Shown: positions 38,109 to 47,440 of the stretch, in pieces
How the letters are laid out: the number at the start of each line of letters is the position of its first letter
How positions within the stretch are numbered: the first letter of the stretch is position 1
Origin: Candidatus Hydrogenedentota bacterium
GTDB taxonomy: Bacteria; Hydrogenedentota; Hydrogenedentia; Hydrogenedentales; SLHB01
DNA: 64,000 nucleotides
Reading direction: 5' to 3'
Assembly: GCA_045863295.1 (NCBI GenBank)
Contig: BTWA01000003.1
Span: forward strand, 225,888-289,887
The notes under the pieces: model-generated
Seen by the model: the letters and a program-made list of their open reading frames with translations, nothing else
The model's database searches: none
Told to the model about the DNA's origin: nothing
Program-made: the position numbers and the translations under genes

Positions 38109-39533
38109 ATGACATCGAAAACCTGGAATCGCCGGGAGTTTCTGAAGACCACCAGTGCCGCAACTCTGTCCGCGCTGGCAGCCGGATATCCCCGGATTGT
38201 ATCCGCCGAGAATGAGTTGGAAGCCATTACGCCGACCGCGGACACCATGATCATTTTGTGGATGGCGGGCGGCATGGCGAGTACGGAAACCTTCGATCCA
38301 AAACGCTATACGGCCTATGAGTCTGGATTGGAATCGGCCAAGGTCTTGAGCACGTTTAACCCGATCGACACGGTAGTCGACAACATCAAGATTTCCGAGG
38401 GGCTCGAAAACGTCGCGAAGGTAATGGACCGCATGAGTCTCGTGCGTACATTCACCGCCGCCGATCTTGGCTTTATTCTGCATTCACGCCATCAGTTTCA
38501 TTGGCATACGGGCTACATACCGCCGCAGACGGTAGCGTGTCCGCACATCGGCGCGTTTATCGCTCGCACGTTGGGCCCAAAGAATCCGGACGTGCCTCCA
38601 TTCATTAACATCGGCCAACGATTCGATCTCGGCGAAGGCGAGGAATTGAAGTCGTTCACCACGGCCGGCTTCCTTGGCAGTGAATATGGGCCGTTCAATG
38701 TGCCGTATCCGCAAGAGGCCGCGAAGGCCGTCCAACCGCCAGAAGGCATGACGTTTTCGCGGTTCGAGAACCGCGAGAAGGCGTTCCGCGAATTGGTCAA
38801 ATCAAGTCCGGTGGGCGAATTTGGCAGTGCTTATCAGCAGGAATCACTGATGCGCAGCATGGACAATGCGCACCGCCTGCTGAATTCTCCAGCGGCCAAA
38901 GCATTTGACCTGTCGCTGGAACCGAAAGAGAGCTTCGATCGTTATAACACCGGCCGATTCGGACTCGGATGTCTGTTGGCGCGGCGGTTGACGGAAGCCG
39001 GCGCCCGGTTCATTGAGGTAACGACGGAATACGAGCCGTTTGTCCACTGGGACACGCACGAAAACGGCCACACCCGCGCGGCGGATTTGAAGGCCATGAT
39101 CGACCGGCCAATCGCCCAACTCGTACTCGATTTGGAGGCGCGGGGTCTGCTCGATCGAACCATCATATGTCTGGCATCGGAATTCAGCCGCGATATGATG
39201 ACCGAAGGCAAGCCGGAAAAGCGCGTGAAAGATCAGGTGGAAGTGCCCGCCGTCATGACCGAGATGAAGCATTACGGCATGCACCGCCACTTCACCGCCG
39301 CGGGCAGCATGCTCCTTATTGGCGGCGGCATGAAGAAGGGATACCTGCACGGGGTCACCGCCGATGAACGCCCGTGCAAGACCATCGACAAACCGGTCGA
39401 TGTCACTTCGCTTCATGCCACGCTGTACCGGGCGATGGGCATTCCCGCGAATCTCCAATATGAAATCGAACAGCGCCCGTTCTATGTCACGGAAGATGGA
39501 AAGGGCAAGCCTGTGATGGATTTGTTCGCCTAG
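38109..39533 (+). CDS. DUF1501 family protein with Tat signal
   Basis: NRREFLK twin-arginine; WMAGG; TFDPK; CLLARRL; WDTH; SEFSR. Confidence 0.92.
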   Translation: MTSKTWNRREFLKTTSAATLSALAAGYPRIVSAENELEAITPTADTMIILWMAGGMASTETFDPKRYTAYESGLESAKVLSTFNPIDTVVDNIKISEGLENVAKVMDRMSLVRTFTAADLGFILHSRHQFHWHTGYIPPQTVACPHIGAFIARTLGPKNPDVPPFINIGQRFDLGEGEELKSFTTAGFLGSEYGPFNVPYPQEAAKAVQPPEGMTFSRFENREKAFRELVKSSPVGEFGSAYQQESLMRSMDNAHRLLNSPAAKAFDLSLEPKESFDRYNTGRFGLGCLLARRLTEAGARFIEVTTEYEPFVHWDTHENGHTRAADLKAMIDRPIAQLVLDLEARGLLDRTIICLASEFSRDMMTEGKPEKRVKDQVEVPAVMTEMKHYGMHRHFTAAGSMLLIGGGMKKGYLHGVTADERPCKTIDKPVDVTSLHATLYRAMGIPANLQYEIEQRPFYVTEDGKGKPVMDLFA

Positions 39534-39743
39534 CCCGGATATTTCACGAATTTGTCCAATTAACTTTGTAACAACACTTCAACCGGCCAGTTACCAAAAC
39601 TGGCGCACTTACAGTGTGCACGTGAAATATCCTCGGCGTTTCAAGCTTAGGGAATTCTGCGTGCAATCAGATTCGAAGCGAGACCGGCCCTTGGAATTGA
39701 GTACCGTTCCAAGGGCCTTTTGTTGACGACAGGAAAATGCCAC

Positions 39744-40949
39744 ATGGCGCCGTTGATCGATCCCGATACCGCCCGAGATCTGGTTTTGCGTCATGCGTTG
39801 CCACGTGCGCCGCTATCGCTCGCGATCGATCAAACCATCGGACTGCAATTGACCGAGGACATCCGGGCGGACGCGGATTACCCCCCCTTTCCCCGCGCAA
39901 TGATGGACGGCTACGCCGTACGGCTGCTGGACGCGGGACGTGTGGTAAAAGTAATCGGTGAATCGGCCGCCGGACACCCGTGCGACTTTGTTGTCGGCGC
40001 GGGTGAGGCGGTCGCCATCATGACCGGCGCGCCGTGTCCCCGGGGCACGGAGGCGGTGGTGCCAAAGGAGCGCGTGGAGGATGCCGAAGAGGGCGTGCGG
40101 CTGCCGCTCGACATTAAACCCATGGCAAACCTCATGCCCAAGGCGAGCGAATGCGCGCGAGGCGATGTTATTCTCCGTGCAGGCGATTGGATTACTCCCT
40201 TGGCCCTGGCTGCGCTTCATACGTTTGGCATCCGGCACGTGCGCGCCACGCCGAGGCCCACGGCCGCCGTGATTACAACAGGCGACGAACTGGTGCCCTC
40301 GCATATGTCGCCGGGTCCTGCGCAAATCCGAAATTCCAACGGACCAATGCTGTCAGGTGCCCTCCGGCTGTTGGGAGTGGAGGATGTGTTGGTCCTGCAT
40401 GCAAACGATGATTCGCATGCGTTTTCGGCGGCATTGGATCAAGCCCGCCCGCGAGACCTCATTGTGTTAAGCGGGGCAGTCTCGGCGGGAAAATACGACA
40501 CGGTGCCGCAAGCACTGCAGACGTACGGCGCTACACGGGTTTTTCACAAGGTCTCCCAACAGCCGGGCAAACCGCTGCTCTTCGCCGTCAATGAATCCCA
40601 ACTCATCTTCGGACTGCCGGGAAATCCCTTATCGTGCCATTTGGGAATTCACCGGTACATTGCGCCGGCCGTGCGAAAGATTCTCGGGATGCCGCACGAA
40701 CCGGATGCAACCGAAGGTATACTCACAGCGCCGGTGGCGGCAAAAGACACACGCACGTTGTTTCAACTGGTATGCGCACACGCGGATGACGCAGGATACC
40801 GCGTGAATCCCACTCGCGGAAAGAGTTCGGCGGACCTGTATTCAGGCGCCCTCGCAAACGCGATGATTCGCATCGAACCAGGTCAGGGAGAGATTGCAGC
40901 GGGAACAAAAATCCGGTTTGAATGGCTGCTGGGCTCGGTCAGACGCTAG
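39744..40949 (+). CDS. moeA: Molybdopterin molybdotransferase
   Basis: PPFPRAMMDGYA, IMTGAP, TGDEL, IRNSN, SGAVSAGKYD, QPGKP, GLPGNP. Confidence 0.95.
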   Translation: MAPLIDPDTARDLVLRHALPRAPLSLAIDQTIGLQLTEDIRADADYPPFPRAMMDGYAVRLLDAGRVVKVIGESAAGHPCDFVVGAGEAVAIMTGAPCPRGTEAVVPKERVEDAEEGVRLPLDIKPMANLMPKASECARGDVILRAGDWITPLALAALHTFGIRHVRATPRPTAAVITTGDELVPSHMSPGPAQIRNSNGPMLSGALRLLGVEDVLVLHANDDSHAFSAALDQARPRDLIVLSGAVSAGKYDTVPQALQTYGATRVFHKVSQQPGKPLLFAVNESQLIFGLPGNPLSCHLGIHRYIAPAVRKILGMPHEPDATEGILTAPVAAKDTRTLFQLVCAHADDAGYRVNPTRGKSSADLYSGALANAMIRIEPGQGEIAAGTKIRFEWLLGSVRR

Positions 40950-40970
40950 ATCGCCATAATCCAATGCGCC

Positions 40971-41717
40971 TTATCCCGGCAACCCTTCAATCCAGTCTCC
41001 GATGCCTTTCACTTGCGCGGGCGGAATTCGATGCCCGCCCTCAAAGAAATCCGTGCTGACCTCATATCCCAGTTCCGTCAGTTTGGCGAGCGATTGTTCC
41101 GCCAACCCGAAGACCATGGTGGAATCGTCGCGCGCATGCACGAGGCGCACCGGAAAGCGGTGCTTGGCGGGCAGGCGATCGGCCGCGTCGGGCGGCAGGT
41201 CCGATCCGCAGCATATCAGACCGTCCACGGGCATCTCGCCGCGTGTGGCAAATCGCCAGGCCACGGTAGCGCCCTGACTAAAGCCCAACACAAACACCCT
41301 GCGCCAGTTGAACTTGTGATGCTCGCGCAGATGACTCAACAGTTGATGGATATACGCCATCAGCCCTTCTATGGCGCGTTCGCGTTCGAACAGCGTCATC
41401 CAGACGAAACCCACTGTGCGAGGTTCCCAATTCATATAGGTTTGATGCGGGCCGAACGGCGCGACCACGAGCAGGTTGCGATTGCGCCACGGCTCAAACC
41501 GCTTCAGAAACCGGTCGCCCGATTGACCGTAGCCGTGAAACACCAGCACGAGATCCGGCGGATCACCGTGCGCGTTCGACGGTTCCAGGATGGAATAGTA
41601 GGCTTGCGTATCAATTGTCAGCGCGTGGTAGGTAATCGGCTCGCTGTTTTCCGGTGTGTCTTCGAAATCCAATTCCAACTCCTTCATTCGACGAAAATGC
41701 GCTAAGGGATTTAGCAT
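40971..41717 (-). CDS. Phospholipase/carboxylesterase family alpha/beta hydrolase
   Basis: FHGYGQ, LGFSQGA, HARDD, FEGGH. Confidence 0.88.
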   Translation of the reverse strand: MLNPLAHFRRMKELELDFEDTPENSEPITYHALTIDTQAYYSILEPSNAHGDPPDLVLVFHGYGQSGDRFLKRFEPWRNRNLLVVAPFGPHQTYMNWEPRTVGFVWMTLFERERAIEGLMAYIHQLLSHLREHHKFNWRRVFVLGFSQGATVAWRFATRGEMPVDGLICCGSDLPPDAADRLPAKHRFPVRLVHARDDSTMVFGLAEQSLAKLTELGYEVSTDFFEGGHRIPPAQVKGIGDWIEGLPG

Positions 41718-41825
41718 GATTCTCGCACATGCCGTTCATCCAATACGACGGTGGACGCAGCGAACAAGGAATGGCACCGGGAGGCCGGCCGAGGGATTGA
41801 CGATGACCGCGAATCGCGCCGTTCC

Positions 41826-42689
41826 CTAGATCTGGGGGACGGCGCCGTTCAACCACTGCAAACACGGCGCAATCGTGTTCGGATGGGGCCACTCGTGGCC
41901 GCCGGCGTACTGCTGCACATACGGCGTGATGCCTGCCTGCTGCAGCTTTGCCGCGGTTTCGGGGATATCTTTCGCCAGGTTGGAATCCTGATTGCCGATG
42001 AGAATGAACACGGCCAACGGCTTGCCCCCGGGCTTAAGATCCGTGTTGATGGGCCAGCCCGCCCCCATGGCCAGCACACCGCACACCTTGTCCGGAAAGC
42101 GAAACGCCAACGCCAGAGAGGCGCGCGCACCGCCGCTGAAACCGGTGGCAAACCGGCGCGAGGGGTGCAGGTTCAAGCGCACTTCCGTATCTTTCACGAC
42201 GGCGTCCTGCGCCGCGAAAATGTCGGCCCACGGCCCATTGCGCGAGTTGTTGGAGGCCGCCATGATCCACCCCAGTGGCGCGACGCCTGCATACAACTGA
42301 TTCATCAATTCCTTGGTCTTGGCGCCTGCATCAAATACATAAAGAATGGAATGGGGTGTCTTCGAATCATACGTAGACGGCACATACAGTTCGTAGCTCT
42401 GGTTCCGGTCGTGCATGCACACGACGTGCGTATTGCCATGCAGATTGGTAAATTGCATCGCAAAATCCTGGCGTGCCTTGTGGATTTCGTCCAGCAGCCG
42501 TTGCGGCCCGGGCGATTCCGGCGACATGTCGATCAGCCGTTGCGTCTCTGCAATGGCCTGATCCCATTTGCCCATGTCGCGCAATTGAGACGCACGATTC
42601 AAGGCCGGATCTTCGCGCTTTGGCGCACCCCCGCACCCGGCCAACGCCAGCGCGGCAAGGAGTCCAACAAGAATCCGTGTCGCGCGCAT
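41826..42689 (-). CDS. Lipoprotein esterase (TPR-like helix pair + alpha/beta hydrolase)
   Basis: Lipobox LALAGC; SYELYVP; SNNSRNG; TGFSGGA; GGHEWP. Confidence 0.8.
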   Translation of the reverse strand: MRATRILVGLLAALALAGCGGAPKREDPALNRASQLRDMGKWDQAIAETQRLIDMSPESPGPQRLLDEIHKARQDFAMQFTNLHGNTHVVCMHDRNQSYELYVPSTYDSKTPHSILYVFDAGAKTKELMNQLYAGVAPLGWIMAASNNSRNGPWADIFAAQDAVVKDTEVRLNLHPSRRFATGFSGGARASLALAFRFPDKVCGVLAMGAGWPINTDLKPGGKPLAVFILIGNQDSNLAKDIPETAAKLQQAGITPYVQQYAGGHEWPHPNTIAPCLQWLNGAVPQI

Positions 42690-42828
42690 CACCAGACGGT
42701 ATTCGCCCATAATGACTGGAAACCCCACACGGGAACACACCCTAGGTCTATGTATTCGTTCCGGGGCCAAGTTCGTGCAAGAAAATTCGTCGCCTGAGCA
42801 ATTCCGCAACCGACGTTCTCGCCCCCTA

Positions 42829-42867
42829 TTGACAGCAACCCAAAAGCGTGTTACAGTTTCGATACAC
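42829..42867 (+). promoter_or_regulatory. sigma70 promoter with overlapping candidate GntR/YtrA operator
   Basis: TTGACA-17 nt-TACAGT with TGn extension; GTGT-12 nt-ACAC inverted repeat over the -10. Confidence 0.65.
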
Positions 42868-42901
42868 CAATATAACTCCTGGTGCGGAGGGTTTTGGGTA
42901 C

Positions 42902-43315
42902 ATGATCCATCTCTCGCTACAGCCCGGTGACGGGCTTCCACTCTATCTACAACTGGCACAACAACTTAAGCACATGATCGCCACCGGCCGACTCAAACCC
43001 GACGCAGAATTGCCTTCGGTTCGGGCCCTCTCCGAGCAGTTGCTCGTCAACCCCAATACGGTCGTACGCGCCTTTCGCGAATTGGAAGTCGCCGGCCTCG
43101 TGTACAAAAAACGCGGCTCCGGCACCTACGTCTCGGGCAACGGCACGCCCTACACCGAGGACGAGTGCCGCCGGATACTCACTCAGAAAGTAGACGCGCT
43201 CATCGTGGAGGGCCGAAGCCTCCGCTACGGCGTCGATAAACTCGTCGACCTCATAAAGGAACGCGATCGGGACCTCAACCAACGCCCGCCGGCCACAAAA
43301 GGAGAGCATTCATGA
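42902..43315 (+). CDS. GntR family regulator (YtrA subfamily)
   Basis: PLYLQL, LPSVRALS, VNPNTVVRAFRELE, GSGTYV; short C-terminal domain. Confidence 0.95.
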   Translation: MIHLSLQPGDGLPLYLQLAQQLKHMIATGRLKPDAELPSVRALSEQLLVNPNTVVRAFRELEVAGLVYKKRGSGTYVSGNGTPYTEDECRRILTQKVDALIVEGRSLRYGVDKLVDLIKERDRDLNQRPPATKGEHS

Positions 43316-44223
43316 ATCCGTCGAACCCGGTTGTTTCCGTCAATCATCTCACGTGCCGGTTCGGCAAGAAAGTAGCCTTGGACGATGTCAGCATCGAGGT
43401 GAAACGCGGCCGGGTCTTCGGCCTCATGGGCGAGAACGGCGCGGGCAAAACCACGCTCATGAAGCACATCCTCGGCGCGATGACGCCGAAACAAGGCGAT
43501 GTGCGCGTGTTCGGCATCGACCCCACGCGAAATCCACCCGCCGTGCTCGCGGAGATTGGCTACCTCTCCGAAGATCGCGCGCTGCCCCTGTGGATGCGCG
43601 TGACGGAGGCGCTCCGGTACACGCAGGCGTTCTATCCCAAGTGGGACGAGGCCTACGCCGAAAGACTCCGCAACCAGTTCCGGCTTGCGCCGGATACGCG
43701 CATCCGCCACATGTCGCGCGGGGAAAAGGCGAAGATGGGCCTGCTGCTCGCATTGGCGCACCGGCCCGATCTGCTGCTGCTCGATGAACCGTCGTCGGGG
43801 CTCGACGCCGTGGCCCGGCGCGAAATTCTCGCTGTGGTCGTGCGCTCGGTGGCGGAAGAAGGCCGTACCGTGATCTTCTCGTCCCATCTGCTCGACGAAG
43901 TGGAACGCATAGTCGACGATGTCGCCATGATTCATCAGGGCAAGCTCGTGTTGCACGCGTCCATGGACGACGTGAAGGCGACGCATCACCGCCGCATCGT
44001 GGAATTCGCCGAACCGAGGTCAACCCTGCCGGACATCGAAGGCGTGCTCCACGCCGAAGGCGAAGGCCGCGAATGGTCCATCATCAGCGAAGGCGACGCG
44101 GAAACCACGAAGTCGGCATTAAAAGCCGCCGGGGCCACAATCATCGACGAATCCACCCCGTCGCTCGATTCCATCTTCGTCGCCCGCGTTGTCGGCAGCC
44201 GCGATCCGGTGGCAGTGGCGTAA
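43312..44223 (+). CDS. ABC transporter ATP-binding protein (YtrB-like)
   Basis: GENGAGKTT, MSRGE, LLLDEPSSGLD, SSH; ATGA overlap with GntR. Confidence 0.95.
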   Translation: MNPSNPVVSVNHLTCRFGKKVALDDVSIEVKRGRVFGLMGENGAGKTTLMKHILGAMTPKQGDVRVFGIDPTRNPPAVLAEIGYLSEDRALPLWMRVTEALRYTQAFYPKWDEAYAERLRNQFRLAPDTRIRHMSRGEKAKMGLLLALAHRPDLLLLDEPSSGLDAVARREILAVVVRSVAEEGRTVIFSSHLLDEVERIVDDVAMIHQGKLVLHASMDDVKATHHRRIVEFAEPRSTLPDIEGVLHAEGEGREWSIISEGDAETTKSALKAAGATIIDESTPSLDSIFVARVVGSRDPVAVA

Positions 44224-44241
44224 GTCGATGGAGCACACATC

Positions 44242-47200
44242 ATGAGTCAAGGCGAATCGATTTCGGCTACGCCAGTTGCCGCGCGCGCGGGTAGTCCGCT
44301 ATGGCCGCAGGTAAAAGCGTTGGTGTGGGAAGAAATTCGCACGGGCGGGGCGATCGCGGCGGCGCTTGTGGCGTGTTGCGTGTTCCTACTGATCCAAATT
44401 CCGTTTGTGTTCGGGGAACATGCATGGACGCTCGACGCTGCTGTCATTCTTGGGTTTGTCACGGGCGTTCCGTTCATCACTTCGTTGCTTCTGATCCTTC
44501 GCACGGATTATTCCGGACACTTGGTAGGCGGTTTCTCCGGCCGAATATTGCGTTTGCCGGTGGGTACCTCAACGGCTGTCGGTATCGTGATCGCTGTGCG
44601 TCTGACGTTTGTTGCACTTTCCTACGCCGCCCTTGCGCTCACATGTAATCTTCTGTACGGCGATGGCCCGGGTTTTGCCTCGTTGTTTTCAATCCTCCTT
44701 ATGTATACGATTGCTCAAACGCTGGACTGGCTGCGCGCGCCGGTTTCTGGGTTGGTCACCTTATTGATCGCGACGCTAGTCGTTCTCTCCATAGCAGCGC
44801 TTCCAAATAATGCCGGCATTGAGACGATTATTGATGCCTATTTCGCATTGCCCCTTGGAACGATAGGAGCCGCGCTCGTGGTGACTGTAGCGGGTTCATT
44901 CGTCGTCTCTACGGCGGCTGTGCATGCCACGCGCGCGGGAAAGCGCTGGATTGGTCTGCCGGAGATTTGGCAATGGCATGAACTTTTTGACTCCAGGCGG
45001 CGAATCCGCACGCGTCAATTCTCCTCGCCTCTCGCGGCGCAGATCTGGTTTGATATGCGGCAGTCCTCCTGGATGCTCCCCTGCGTCACATTCATCGTTT
45101 GGGTGTTGCTTGCTATTGGCATTCTGCTCGCCGTGCTGAACGATGCCAAAACGCCGCTCAACGACGACCGCGTGTACGAAGATTACATAATGGTACTTTC
45201 CCTGCTGTGCTTTCCCGCGCTGCTTGTGGCTGGAGTAGTGCACGGAGTCACCATGCGGGCGTTAGGTTTTCGTAGGCCATCGCAAAACATCCCGGCGCAC
45301 TATATCAATCCTTTGTCGAGTTGCGATCTTGCTCTTTCCCGGATGTCTGCGAACGCAATGATTCTCTCCCCGGTGGTGGCAGTAGGATTGATCCTGCACG
45401 GAATCATCTTGAGCTGGGGATTGCTGAACCAAGGTTCGCTCCTGAGCACAATCGCGCAATCGTATTCAGAAGGATTCACATCGCTCCGGGAAATCGTATG
45501 GGCCTTTGCGGGCCGGGGCCTGTTTGCCGCGTGGTTCGCGTGGCCGTTGATGGCCATTGGAACGAGGCTGATTCGCCGCCTTGCCGCATTTGCGATAGTG
45601 TGTCTCGTTGGCATTCTTGTGGCCGAGATTCTGATAGGCGACATGAATGACTTATGGGAACTATTCAACCTTTCCGGCGGAATCTTCTTGATGGCCGTTT
45701 TGGGATGGCAGCTATGGCGCCTGCGGCGGCTCAGTCTGGTGCCCCCCAGGACAATTGCAGTGTGGATTGCGATCTGGGCGCTGGCCACGTGGCTGTTGCT
45801 ATCGCAAATGCGTCCCTTCGTGGAAAGTGAGGCTGCGCGCTACACCGTCTGGCTACGCGCTGGAATCGTGTGTGGCGGGTTGGGGACCCTTGTGCCGCTC
45901 GCTTATGCGGCGTATGTCTTTGACTATCACCGCCGCCGGCATGGGTCAATGGTGGTTGCGGATTCGGCGCAGCACAAATCGCCCTGGAGCAGGGCAGTGG
46001 GCTGGCCCACGCGTTGCACATGGTATGCAATAACTGCGTTTGTCATATGGCTCGCCTGGCCGGCACGCCCAGCCTATGTGGCCTATCTGGAATCCATTCC
46101 CTTTCCCGCCACACTGGATGAAGTTTCGCGCTGGGGAGACACCGACAATCACGCCAGCGCGCCAATTACACCGTATCAAGATGTGCTGATAGAGCGTGAT
46201 CGACTGGCTAATGCTTTTAGACACGCCAGAGAAAGTCAACAGATGTCCCTGCCGCCGTCCTTGAGAAATCTTGCGGGGCTGGACACACGCGGAATCACCG
46301 AACTCATACAGGCAGGCCGGACATCAAAGCTCACTCCTGAAATGTCCGGAGCCATCGAGGATTACTGGCAAGAAGTGACAGGGCATATCACAGCAGAGAT
46401 TGTCGACACCGGTGATCGAATCGAGGGTCCGTCGCAGTTTCCAGCTTCAGCAACAATGGCGATAGCGCTATTTCGAAGCACGGCATATTATTCAAATCTG
46501 CCGAATGAATTGTTGATTGATGTCTATAAGAAATCAAATTCAGGCGATCCGGCAGGCGCTATCGCTTCGCTGGAGGCGAACTTTCCGCTAGCCACCTCTC
46601 TGGTTGGATTTCATGATTTTGGTGGCCAATACATGAGGCTTGAGACATACAGAAATGCCTGCATCGGCTTGGAGTTGTTGATGACCATGAACCTAGACGA
46701 CAGACAACTTTCCCATCTGGACCAAATCTTCGCCCAGGCGGCCGCTGAGTGCGCGGATGACAAGCCTTTGATTCGGGCCGGAATGGGCGAACTTGTCGTC
46801 GCGCTACAATTTGGCGAAGACGAAGATGGCTTCGCATACGGCTGGCAGATCCACTCGGTGGCATGGAACCTATTGTATCCGCTGTCGGTTGAACGCATGG
46901 CGCGGTTGATTGAGATAGACCTGCGCCCGCTGGATAACACGGCTCGCTATGAAGACTGGGTGGCAATGTATAGAGGAGCCAAGCATCCGCCGCTGGAATG
47001 GCTTATATTGAACCCAATCTCTAGGTATGGATTCACGATGTTTCGCTCTACTCGCCATGCAACCTTGTTGCATCTAGCGTTGGCGCGCACAGCCATTGCA
47101 ATCAGACGTTACTCTCTGTCGCACGGCAAATTGCCCGACTCGATTGCCGATCTGCCATCTGATTTCCTAAGGCAAGTAACCGAAGTAACCCGTGTTGAAG

Positions 47201-47370
47201 ATTTCGACTTGCAGACAAATGCCAAGGGCGGATTCGTGCTTTCAGCCAGACTGCCGAACTATACGGGCCATCACAGCTTTGCGAAGCAGGATGGTAAAGA
47301 CCATTGGATCATTTTCGTGGTTTCGGAAATGGAAATGCAAAGTTCATTACATGCCACTGCAGGCACGTGA
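44242..47370 (+). CDS. Large multi-pass membrane protein (putative ABC permease) with soluble C-terminal domain, paralog 1
   Basis: ALVWEEIR and AQIWFDMR repeat starts typical of ABC-2-type permease halves; many TM helices in the first ~600 aa; follows the ABC ATPase. Confidence 0.75.
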   Translation: MSQGESISATPVAARAGSPLWPQVKALVWEEIRTGGAIAAALVACCVFLLIQIPFVFGEHAWTLDAAVILGFVTGVPFITSLLLILRTDYSGHLVGGFSGRILRLPVGTSTAVGIVIAVRLTFVALSYAALALTCNLLYGDGPGFASLFSILLMYTIAQTLDWLRAPVSGLVTLLIATLVVLSIAALPNNAGIETIIDAYFALPLGTIGAALVVTVAGSFVVSTAAVHATRAGKRWIGLPEIWQWHELFDSRRRIRTRQFSSPLAAQIWFDMRQSSWMLPCVTFIVWVLLAIGILLAVLNDAKTPLNDDRVYEDYIMVLSLLCFPALLVAGVVHGVTMRALGFRRPSQNIPAHYINPLSSCDLALSRMSANAMILSPVVAVGLILHGIILSWGLLNQGSLLSTIAQSYSEGFTSLREIVWAFAGRGLFAAWFAWPLMAIGTRLIRRLAAFAIVCLVGILVAEILIGDMNDLWELFNLSGGIFLMAVLGWQLWRLRRLSLVPPRTIAVWIAIWALATWLLLSQMRPFVESEAARYTVWLRAGIVCGGLGTLVPLAYAAYVFDYHRRRHGSMVVADSAQHKSPWSRAVGWPTRCTWYAITAFVIWLAWPARPAYVAYLESIPFPATLDEVSRWGDTDNHASAPITPYQDVLIERDRLANAFRHARESQQMSLPPSLRNLAGLDTRGITELIQAGRTSKLTPEMSGAIEDYWQEVTGHITAEIVDTGDRIEGPSQFPASATMAIALFRSTAYYSNLPNELLIDVYKKSNSGDPAGAIASLEANFPLATSLVGFHDFGGQYMRLETYRNACIGLELLMTMNLDDRQLSHLDQIFAQAAAECADDKPLIRAGMGELVVALQFGEDEDGFAYGWQIHSVAWNLLYPLSVERMARLIEIDLRPLDNTARYEDWVAMYRGAKHPPLEWLILNPISRYGFTMFRSTRHATLLHLALARTAIAIRRYSLSHGKLPDSIADLPSDFLRQVTEVTRVEDFDLQTNAKGGFVLSARLPNYTGHHSFAKQDGKDHWIIFVVSEMEMQSSLHATAGT

Positions 47371-47440
47371 TTAGAAAAATGCCGTTCAAGCGCGAGTATG
47401 CACACAGAACTAGGCGTGCAATTGCCACGGAGACCCCGTC

